Source: Salpingoeca rosetta
Taxonomy: Eukaryota > Protista > Choanoflagellata
Length of the DNA stretch: 23,150 bases
Assembly: GCA_033442325.1 (NCBI GenBank)
Contig: JAWQFM010000003.1
Span: 1,244,139-1,267,288 of the forward strand
Direction of reading: 5' to 3'
In this document: positions 1 through 11,769 of the stretch, piece after piece
Numbering within the stretch: position 1 is the stretch's first letter
Layout: every line of letters starts with the position of its first letter
Translations under genes and position numbers: made by a program
Notes under the pieces: model-generated
Databases searched by the model: none
What the model saw: only the letters and a program-made list of their open reading frames with translations
What the model was told of the DNA's origin: nothing

Positions 1-20
1 GTTCATGGTGGTGGTGCTGT

Positions 21-159
21 TGTTGGAGACTTGTGTGTGTGCTGTGTGTGCTGTGTGTGCTGTGTGTTGTGTGGGAGATTGTCTTGGCAAGAGGAAGTTG
101 TGTGTGTTTACTTGAGTTGTGAAGCAAACAAGGATGTAGGATGAATGAACACTCCAACA
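21..159. mobile_element. Putative short solo LTR (copia-type termini TGTTGGAG...CTCCAACA)
   Basis: 139-bp segment bounded by a perfect 8-bp inverted repeat (tgttggag 21-28, ctccaaca 152-159) with TG...CA ends, next to a copia pol remnant. No matching target-site duplication (gctgt vs gaaag) and no clear PBS or PPT. Confidence 0.35.
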
Positions 160-413
160 GAAAGAAACAGAGCAGAAGACAAGAGTTGTCGACAACGCAA
201 AGTGGTGACGTGGCAGTGTTTGTTGAGAGTTGTGTGGTTATGTGGTGTGTTATGCAAGAGCATGTAACATCGAGCAACCACACAAGCTAAACACTGCACG
301 TGCAACAGGTTGGAGGGAAGTCACGTGAACATTCCAGAACACAAGAGAGGTGAATGCAAATTTGTGGTGTCCTGAAGGAGGGAGGTCAATGATGACTCAG
401 CAGACAGGACTTG

Positions 414-1200
414 CCTGTCAACATTGACAGTCGTGACCACTGTGAGGGGTATGGCGTCCTTCGCGTCGGCGACGACGGGCCCGAAGACGTTGTGACGGTC
501 GAGGTTGGCGATCTCCTCCTGAAGTAACTACTCGGAAGATAGCAAAGCGCAGCTCCCTCGATGAAATAGATACCGCGCGTACTGCTTGCGCGTCCTCTCT
601 GACGGAACAAGTGCTGTTCATCGCCGCGCTTAGGCAGAAGCAAGTTGACACGCTGGCACTCTTCACACGCTTTACCGCAAGGCAACCGTTCATCCTGCTG
701 GACAGCAGCGCGTGTAAGCATCAAAAGTACCATGCAGAACCCCACTGTTGACTGACAAGCCCTGTCTGCTTACAAATATCATCCACCTCCCGTCTTCACA
801 TCAGTTGCACCTTCCGACACCACAGTCTGCACTCATCCCTGGCTGTTGGTGACGCCTTTGGTAGCGGGCGGTGCGAGAGTTACAATGGAGTCGATGTAGG
901 ACAGGGCGCAGCCACACTCCATGGTAACGAGCTGTACATTGTATACGGTGACAACTCTGTTGGTGCTTGGTGTGGAATCCGTTGATCACAAAGCCCGCGT
1001 GTATATACTGGGCCAAGCGTTGGATTGCCGTGTTGTTTTTGCCGTTTCCGTCATTCATGCAGGCGGAATACGCATCAAGTGAGCACACTTCTGCACCACT
1101 AAAACACGATGGCATGGCAAGCCAAATACTAATATGCGCAGGTCATATTTATAGGACAGCCCACTGAACAAGCATGTCAACAAGGATGACAGCAGCACCA
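414..1200 (-). mobile_element. Degenerate Ty1/copia retrotransposon pol remnant (integrase C-term, SH3-like segment, start of RT)
   Basis: Frameshifted minus-strand fragments in copia order: LFSGLSYKYDLRILVFGLPC (~1110-1171; cf. ELFxGxKPDLSHLRVFGC), RLAQYIHAGFVINGF (~975-1020; weak match to KLxxRxxxGxFxGY), LPSSY, then LLQEEIANLDRHNVFGPVVADAKDAIPLTVVTTVNVDR (414-527; cf. AMxEExxSLxxxxVFGPVV...AIxxKWVFxxK). Confidence 0.5.
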
Positions 1201-1221
1201 CCGCCGCTCGCATGTACGCAT

Positions 1222-1264
1222 GTGTGTGAGTGAGTGAGTGAGTGAGCGAGTGTGTGTGTGTGTG

Positions 1265-1328
<64 letters not shown>

Positions 1329-1432
1329 TGAGTGTGAGTGTGTGTGAGTGAGTGTGAGTGTGTGTGCGTGTGTGAGTGAGTGTGAGTGTGTGTGTGTGAG
1401 TGTGTGTGTGTGAGTGAGTGTGTGTGTGTGTG
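1222..1432 (+). repeat. (TG)n/(TGAG)n compound microsatellite
   Basis: Directly visible dinucleotide and tetranucleotide tract upstream of the AKR start. Confidence 0.95.
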
Positions 1433-1445
1433 TATTTTGTGAACC

Positions 1446-3458
<2,013 letters not shown>

Positions 3459-3829
3459 CCACGCGCTTTCACTCTCGATTCCTCGACATACACACATGTC
3501 GTGTGTGCGTGTGCGTGACTTTGATGCAAGGGTGTATGCAGTGTAGTCGATTTACTCAGCAATGTAATTGGCATCATGAACGAATAAGATGCACAAGCAA
3601 GTTGACCAGAGTACAAACAGTCAGTGTCGCACAGCCTTCCCCAGGAAGGCATGGTACAGGCGACAATGTCAAACGATGGATCAGCAAAGTCACAGCAGCA
3701 GAAGACCAAAGCTTCTGGTGGGCGCATATCAGCAAATAGAGAAACAAGAAGGGAAGGAGAGGAAGGACAGACGAAGGAAAGACGAACAAACAATCAGCGC
3801 ACAGCCACAAGGGGGCGCAGGAGGGTCTA

Positions 3830-6800
3830 CTACACATCAGACGCTGGCGTTGGGGTTCTGTGGCGCAGTTGTGCAGACGTCGGTGTCGCAGCTCGTGCCC
3901 GCGACAGAATCGACTTCAGCTCCTGCTCCTCCGCTGGCGTCTGTGGCAGCTGGCGCTGAAGTTCCTGCATGTCCATGTAGGGAGAGTCAGCAGCGTTATC
4001 TGGGGCTCCGGGTTGCATTTGCTGCTTGGCGTCACTGATGTCACCGGCAAGGTCAAGAGCATCAGGGTCAAGCACGAGCATGCGCTTCTTGTTGGGCTGT
4101 TGTTGCTTGTTCGGGGCAGACGACATATTTGGTGCGTTCTTGGTGTACAGCTCGTTCCGGCGTGGAGCAAGCATGTTGGAGCGAGACAGCCGGCGCTGGC
4201 GTGACAGCACATCTGCCTTCTCTGGACGGCCAAACACATCACCACCGTCATTGCGATCATCGTCATCGACGCTGCCATAATCAGCCCTGTCGTACGTTGT
4301 GCTGCTGTAAGCCCCTGCGTTGGCGTAATCGTACCCTGCACGGCTGTATGCGGGGTTGCTGGCGAAGTCATAGCCAGTGTTGCTTGCCTCGTCATAGCCA
4401 GTGTTGCTTGCCTCGTCGTAGCCAGCGTTGCTTGCCTCGTCGTAGCCGGCATAGCTGGCCGTGTCGTAGTCCGCATGGTCGGCTGCCGCGTACTCTGCGA
4501 CAGATGAGAGCTCTGCCGTCGTGATGGAGGACGAGTGGCTCTTGTGCGGCTGTGAGTACACCGGTGAGGACAAATCTGTTCCGCTGAGCGAGCGGAGCGC
4601 CGCGGACAGTGCGGCTGTGCTGGACTTGCGGCTGCGGTGGTCGCTGAAGGCAAAATGTTCAGACCGCAGAGACTCACGACGCTTGGCACGACGGCGGGCA
4701 ACCAGGACAGCGACAATGGCAACCAGCACCACGAGCGCGCCAACGCCGAGGATGACGCCCGAAGTCAGAGTGAACCTGTTGTCGTCGCCGCCTGAGGCGG
4801 ATGTCGCGTCGCCAGAGCTGCCGCTCGCATCTCCGTTCTTTGGCTTCTTGCCCTTCTTCGGTTTCTTGCCGTCCTTGTGCTTGCCCGGGGCAGGGTCAGC
4901 GGTGGTCGTAGTCGTTGAGATGGGGCGGTGATCGCCGCTAGTGCACAGCTCAACGCCTTCGCTCTCCACAGAAATGCACACGTCTTCTGCGGCGATGGCA
5001 CGCTCAACGCGCTTTGCCACGGCTCGGCTCACCACGCCAATGACAACATCCACGCCATGGCGGCCTTTGGTCACGTCAATCGAGCGGATGTCTTTCGGGC
5101 CTGCAATCTTCTCCAGCACCAGGTGCTCCCAGACAGCGCCAGCAAAGTCAAGCGCAGCGCGGCTGTCGGAGCTGTGGAAGAGGTTCTTGAAGTCCACATC
5201 GGGGAACGTCACGGTGACATAGTGGATGCGAGACGTGCCTGTCGTGGTGGCTGTACGCGTAACGGATGCGGTTGTGGTGCTGTGCTCACGGGTTGTGCCA
5301 GTCTCGGTCTCCGTCCTCGTCTCTGTTCGGGTCTCTGTGAGCGTCTCTGTGCGCGTGATGGGCTCCGTGGTGGTGTCGGTCCGTGTGGCAGTGGCATGTG
5401 CGGTGGTGGTTTCGGTCGGCCTGGTGGTCGTCGGACGCTCCGTTGTCGTGGTGCGACGCTCAGTGGTGGTGGTTGGGCGCTCAGTTGTTGTGGTACGACG
5501 CTCAGTGGTGGTGGTTGGGCGCTCAGTTGTTGTGGTACGACGCTCAGTGGTGGTGGTTGGGTGCTCAGTGGTCGTGGTGGATGGCTCCGCACGGTCACAG
5601 CAGTAGTCCCGGCTGCCACAGAAGCTGTCGCTCGGGCACGCATGGCCAGACTGACCGCAGAAGATGAGGTTGCCAAGGAAGTCACGTGTCGCAGTCAAGT
5701 CACCACACACATCTCCACCAGGAGTAGTCGTAGTGCGACGCTCTGTGGTGGTAGTTGGGCGCTCCGTGGTGGTGGTGCGACGCTCCGTGGTTGTGGTTGG
5801 TGCCCTTGTGGTTGTGGTGCGACGCTCCGTGGTGGTGGTGGATGGCTCCGCACGGTCACAGCAGTAGTCCCGGCTGCCACAGAAGCTTCCACCTGGGCAC
5901 GCATGGCCAGACTGACCGCAGAAGATGAGGTTGCCAAGGAAGTCACGTGTCGCAGTCAAGTCACCACACACATCTCCACTAGGAATATTCGTAGAGCGAC
6001 GCTCTGTGGTGGTAGTTGGGCGCTCCGTGGTTGTGGTGCGACGCTCCGTGGTGGTAGTTGGGCGCTCCGTGGTGGTGGTGCGACGCTCCGTGGTTGTGGT
6101 TGGTGCCTTTGTGGTTGTGGTGCGACGCTCCGTGGTGGTGGTGGATGGCTCCGCACGGTCACAGCAGTAGTCCCGGCTGCCACAGAAGCTTCCACCTGGG
6201 CACGCATGGCCAGACTGACCGCAGAAGATGAGGTTGCCAAGGAAGTCACGTGTCGCAGTCAAGTCACCACACACATCTCCACCAGGAGTAGTCGTAGTGC
6301 GACGCTCTGTGGTGGTAGTTGGGCGCTCCGTGGTTGTGGTGCGACGCTCCGTGGTTGTGGTTGGTGCCCTTGTGGTTGTGGTGCGACGCTCCGTGGTGGT
6401 GGTGGATGGCTCCGCACGGTCACAGCAGTAGTCCCGGCTGCCACAGAAGCTTCCACCTGGGCACGCATGGCCAGACTGACCGCAGAAGATGAGGTTGCCA
6501 AGGAAGTCACGTGTCGCAGTCAAGTCACCACACACATCTCCACCAGGAGTAGTCGTAGTGCGACGCTCTGTGGTGGTAGTTGGGCGCTCCGTGGTTGTGG
6601 TGCGACGCTCCGTGGTGGTAGTTGGGCGCTCCGTGGTGGTGGTGCGACGCTCCGGGGTTGTGGTTGGAGCCTTTGTGGTTGTGGTGCGATGCTCTGTAGT
6701 GGTGGTGGATCGATCCGACGTAAGAACATTAACCCGGCTGCACAGAAGATTCCACTTGGGCATCATTATATATGAACCTAAGATTAGGAAATTAAAATAT

Positions 6801-7224
6801 CATTATCGGGTTAGTGTCCTAGACGTTTCGCCAGTAGTTTTTTGGCGCGACGGTGGTGGGNNNNNNNNNNNNNNNNNNNNNNNNNNNNNNNNNNNNNNNN
6901 NNNNNNNNNNNNNNNNNNNNNNNNNNNNNNNNNNNNNNNNNNNNNNNNNNNNNNNNNNNNNNNNNNNNNNNNNNNNNNNNNNNNNNNNNNNNNNNNNNNN
7001 NNNNNNNNNNNNNNNNNNNNNNNNNNNNNNNNNNNNNNNNNNNNNNNNNNNNNNNNNNNNNNNNNNNNNNNNNNNNNNNNNNNNNNNNNNNNNNNNNNNN
7101 NAAAAGCCGTCTTTCATTTCGCGCGACAACCCGAAATTTCCGCAACGCGGGGCTCATCCACCTCCCGTCAACACCGTCCTCAGGGGCAGGTCGTGCTTTT
7201 GCTGGTCGCAATGCATGGGGGCTC

Positions 7225-7255
<31 letters not shown>

Positions 7256-7496
7256 CAGTAGCAGCATCAGCAGCAACATCACCACCACCACCTTGCCGTC
7301 CCGCTCTTCTCCCCCTTTCTTCTCTTGTTGCTGTTGTGGAAGAAGTCGAGCCGCCATCTTCCCGTAGTTGCACTCCGGTTCTGCCAATGGCGCTACTCTC
7401 GCTCGAGTCAGCAGACTTCATCATTAAGCCACACGCAGCTGCAACCATGAACACCACCGCCGCCGCCGCCACCACCACCGCCCAGACGCGCGCCAT
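3830..7496 (-). CDS. Type I transmembrane mucin-like receptor: signal peptide, 6-Cys repeats alternating with Thr-rich spacers, SEA-like domain, TM, Tyr-repeat cytoplasmic tail, PDZ-binding C-terminus; spans an assembly gap
   Basis: Uninterrupted ORF from 3830 to ~6710. N-terminal part 7496 to ~7102 begins with a hydrophobic signal-like sequence (MARVWAVVVAAAAVVFMVAAACG). TM GVILGVGALVVLVAIVAVLVA (~4697-4759) is followed by RRRAKRR. The protein ends ...PASDV*. Joining the two parts across the gap is inferred. Confidence 0.8.
4367..4447 (-). repeat. 24-bp coding tandem repeat encoding GYDEASN[A/T]
   Basis: Plus-strand unit gtc[a/g]tagccag[t/c]gttgcttgcctc repeated 3 times plus a partial copy. 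Confidence 0.9.
5580..6835 (-). repeat. Coding tandem repeat: Cys module (CGDLTATRDFLGNLIFCGQSGHACPGGSFCGSRDYCC) plus 21-bp TTTTER[R/P] units, period alternating 261/303 bp
   Basis: Near-identical modules at ~5580, 5841, 6144 and 6405, plus a degraded fifth at ~6708. Confidence 0.95.
6861..7101. other. Assembly gap (N run) inside the mucin gene
   Basis: 241 N. Flanking bases 6720-6860 look like a low-quality read of another repeat copy. Confidence 0.99.
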
Positions 7497-7808
7497 CGCC
7501 GAAACAGGGCAGCAGCGAACGACACACGAACCCCCTTCTCTTCGAGGTTGCTGAGCAGCCTCTGTTAGCCGTTTGTCGAGTGCCGAATGTCGCGTGAGTC
7601 GAACGATGCCGTGTGACCTGCAGTGCGAGGTGGTGCAGCAGCAGCGGAATCATCACCAGCAGCGTTCAACTCGCTTGCCGGCTGCTGAAAATCATACAAA
7701 AATTTGGCGATTCCTCCCAACTCGAAGGCAACCCCCCAACAACAGCAGCAACAAAACAAACGAACCAACACAGCACATCTTTTGCTGCTGCTGCTGTGCG
7801 CGAGCGAG
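7497..7808. promoter_or_regulatory. Divergent (bidirectional) promoter region between the mucin receptor and DAW1, with candidate RFX/X-box-like sites
   Basis: 312 bp between head-to-head ATGs. Contains GTTGCTGAGCAGC (7547-7559) and a GGCAAC half-site (7727-7732). Confidence 0.45.
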
Positions 7809-8998
7809 ATGCGGCTGCGACGGTTCCTGCTGCGGTATCACCCACCAGGTGTGTATGCGTGTGTGCGTGTGTGTGTGCGTGTGTGCGTGTGTGTTTGTAC
7901 AACCCCAGAGTGCCGAGAAAAGCACTCACTCAGTAAGCAGAGAGCGTACGCACACACACACATAGACAACAACGCGTGCACAAACATACACACACACACA
8001 ATCTCAAGCACACACATACACACTCTCAAACAAACACACACAGTCTCAAGCACACACTGAAAAGCACACTCAAACACACACACATACATGCGCATCTGGG
8101 CGCCCATCATCTTCAACGTGCTCAGGTGTCATTCTTGAGTATACAAAGGGCGGGGAGCAGCGGTCCAAGTGCATTGACCTTCTGGACCTTGATGAGACGT
8201 AAGTCGCGGGCGACCTGCAATGTTCGTACGAACAATGGCACGCAGGAAAAAGGCCAACACCCGTCTCTTACTCTGCCCCACTCTGCCCCACTCTGCCTGA
8301 CTCGCATCTGCATGGTTTGGGTGGACAGCACAAATTTGGACGAAGTACTGGACGAAATCACACAGCGGGAGGCCCTCATCACGGAGCGACGCAAACCACA
8401 GCTCAAACAGCTGCTCACCCGGTTGCAACAGCAGCTAGGAGCATTGGCATCCCACAAGCAGCTTGCGCTGTCCAAGGTTGTTGGCCTGCGGTCACTGTGG
8501 TCACTGTGGTCACTGTGGTGCACTTGTTTCTCGTCGTGGACAACCGTTTCCACATTCCTCATAATGTGTTCCTACCTCAAGCATGACATTCATACCTCTG
8601 GCCACCCACGCCCACCAGGTGATCAAGGCACATGTCCTGCCGTTGACCAACATTGCACTGAACAAATCTGGCACAAGGTTAATCACAGGCAGCTATGACC
8701 GCACCTGCAAGGTAGCCAATGTATTTGTATCCTGGCACTTTCTTTGAGTGGCAGGGTTTTTGTGTGTGCGTGTGTGTGCGTGCGTGTGTGTGTGTGCGTG
8801 TGCGTGTGCGTGTGCGTGTGTGCTTGTGTGCAAGTATGCTTGTGCGTTTTGGACAAGAATGCGCTTGTTTCTTGGGCAGCTGCATGCATGCGTTGGTTTC
8901 GCTTTCGTTCCCGGCTTCACGATGCAAACGAACACACACACACACACACTAACACACACAGACACACAGACACACACACACACACACTAACACACACA

Positions 8999-9087
<89 letters not shown>

Positions 9088-9343
9088 CGACCTCACACGC
9101 TCTGCCCCCCCCTTCACAACGTTTGTGGCAGGTGTGGAACACCTCAACTGGAGAGGAGCTGTTTAGCTTGGAAGGCCACAAGAATGTTGTGTATGCTGTA
9201 GCTTTTAACAACCCCTTTGGGTGAGTGTTGAGTGGTTTCAAGACGCAGCAGTGGTGTTGAAGCCTACTGCACTGGCACATGTAGCGCTTTGCTTGCCACA
9301 CACACATGTAAGCACACATGTGAGCACACATGTACACACACTT

Positions 9344-9405
<62 letters not shown>

Positions 9406-10126
9406 CACACCCCCCCCCACACACACACACACACCGCCCCATACATGTATTGTTCATGTGTTGTCACAGCTCACAATGAATCACCAATTCACGCATGCTG
9501 CTCCTGCCATGATGCACACGCGTGTCGTCATATCACTGCCGTTCCGTCAACAACAACAACAACAGCGACCGCATTGCCACCGGATCCTTTGACAAAACAT
9601 GCCGCGTGCGTATGGTGTTTCGCAACTTGTGGCCGACTGGGCCTTGCCTGTTGCTTCGTGCTTGGTTGTGACCACCCACGTACACATACGCACTCACACA
9701 CTCTCTGTCTCTCTGTCTCTCTCTCTCTCTCTGTCTCCTTTTTTTTTCTCTATTTCACACACACACACTGACATTTAAACTGCAGGTGTGGGATGCGGAG
9801 ACGGGCAAATGTGTTGCGACACTGCGGGGCCACAAGACGGAGATTGTGTGCCTGCGCTTTGATTACCACAACACGCTCCTGGCCACTGGAAGCATGGACC
9901 GCACAGCGCGCATCTGGGACACGGCCTCATACACAGAACTCGCCACATTGCAGGTGCGGCATGTGGTCGTGCAGGCGCGCGCGTGTGTGTGTGCTTGCGT
10001 GTGTGTGCTTGCGTGTGTGTGTGTGTGTGTGTTGGCTGGTCAGCGCCCATAGTGCAAGGAAGTGCACAACTCTATGGCACTCATCTTTTTTTCACATGCG
10101 TGTGTGTGCATGTTCGGGTGTATCTA

Positions 10127-10209
<83 letters not shown>

Positions 10210-11769
10210 CATCAGGGCCACACGGCAGAGATTATCTGCATGCGTTTCACACAGGACAGCTCCATCCTTGTCACAGGTGTGTTGCTGGTGTGCATGCGTG
10301 CGTTGATCAATATGCACGCACGGGGCGAAACACGTGCAGCCACACAACACACACACACACACACACACGTAACTGTGACTTGCCTCTTCTGCGTGTTTGC
10401 AGGGTCGTTTGACCACACGGCGATACTGTGGGACGCGCGGCGTGGGGAGCGATTGCATACACTCATCGGACACCAGCGCGAGCTCTCTTCCCTCGGCGTC
10501 AACTTCGAGGGCACCGTTGTTGCCACCGGTGGCATGGACAACACGTGTCGTCTGTGGGATGCCCACTCCGGCGCTTGCATCACCACCATCACGTATGTGT
10601 GGGTGTGGACGTGTGCGTGTGCGTGTGCATGTGCGTGCGTTTCTGGCTTGCTCTGCCTTTTCTGATTGTTTGATTTGGTTTGCTTTCGCTGTGTTGCACC
10701 CCCTCCCCCTCTTTGCTTGTGCATTTTGCATCTGGCGTACTAATGTGCTCACTCCTCCATTTCCCAACTCGTCCATCCCCGCGTCTGTGGGTGCAGTGCG
10801 CACAGCGATGGGGTGCTGGATGTGGCGTTTGACTGCACGGGCCGCTTGCTGGCGACGGCGTGTGCTGATGGCACCATCAAGGTGTTTGCCACAGACACCT
10901 TTGACATGCTCGTGTCCCTGCACGGTCACGAGGCAGACATCGTGAAGGTATGAATGTGTGCGTGTGTGCGTGTGCGTGCATGTGCGCGTGTGCGCGTGTG
11001 CGTGTGCGTGTGCGTGTGTGCGTGTGCGTGCGTGCTCTGCACCATACACACAACATAGCAATCACGCTGTCGGTCACCGTTCCGCGTGTTGCCTGAACCA
11101 CCTCGTCTCATGCCATCATTACATCATTACCACCGCCACAATCGCCACCACCACCACAATCGCCACGACGGCAGATTGCGTTCAGTCCGCTGGGAGACCG
11201 GCTCCTCTCGTCGAGTTCAGATCGCACCGCCCGCATCTGGGACGTGGCGACGGGGAGATGCATTCAGGTGTGACCCCCAAATGCACGCGCTTCCGTATCA
11301 TGACCGCAGGCACTGTGGTGGCAGCAGTAGTTGTGGTTGTGGTTGTGGTGGTGGTTGTGGTTGTGGTTGTGGTGCATGAGTGTATGGGCGCAAGCAATGA
11401 GCGTTCACTCACAAATACCTTTCTGTGCCTCTCTCATGCACGCACACACATACGCACGCACGCACACACACGCACACGCACATGCGGGTCTGCTTCAGGT
11501 GCTGGATGGGCATACGGAAGAGTTGATTTCGTGCAGCTTTAACTATCACGGCAACATGGTGATCACAGGTGGGTCAGCAGCACTCACGTGCGTGCGTGTA
11601 TGCGTGCGTGTGTGTGTGTGCGAGCTAAATTGTATCTGCACATGCACATGCTCGCCCCACTTTAAACCTCGTTCACATGCTCATCTTCCTTTCCTTGTAC
11701 AATCTGTTTCCTTGCCCTTGTGTGCGCTTTCCAGCAAGCAAAGACAACACTGTGCGCATCTGGAGATAG
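7809..11769 (+). CDS. DAW1: Dynein assembly factor with WD repeats 1 (ODA16/WDR69), 13 exons
   Basis: [14 protein letters not shown]|[22 protein letters not shown]-terminus, then [26 protein letters not shown]|[30 protein letters not shown]|[12 protein letters not shown] and further WD40 repeats to ..[10 protein letters not shown]. Exons 7809-7848, 8126-8198, 8329-8476, 8619-8711, 9132-9220, 9566-9605, 9786-9953, ~10216-10276, 10403-10592, 10797-10947, 11175-11267, 11499-11568, 11735-11769. Confidence 0.95.

Noticed and set aside
386-745. 119-aa and 91-aa minus-strand ORFs as genes
   Set aside because: No recognisable product; the region is better explained as decayed retrotransposon sequence.
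5580-6545. Regularly spaced repeats resembling a CRISPR array
   Set aside because: Units are in-frame coding repeats over 100 bp with repetitive spacers, the context is eukaryotic and there are no cas genes.
4928-6775. 615-aa plus-strand ORF
   Set aside because: Antisense shadow of the repetitive, GC-rich mucin ORF; it has no independent domain logic.
6720-6860. AT-rich segment and the MMPKWN start of the 978-aa ORF
   Set aside because: It aligns by eye to a corrupted fifth Cys module (cccggctgcacagaagattccacttgggca) at a contig end, so it is probably low-quality sequence rather than a true start or foreign insert.
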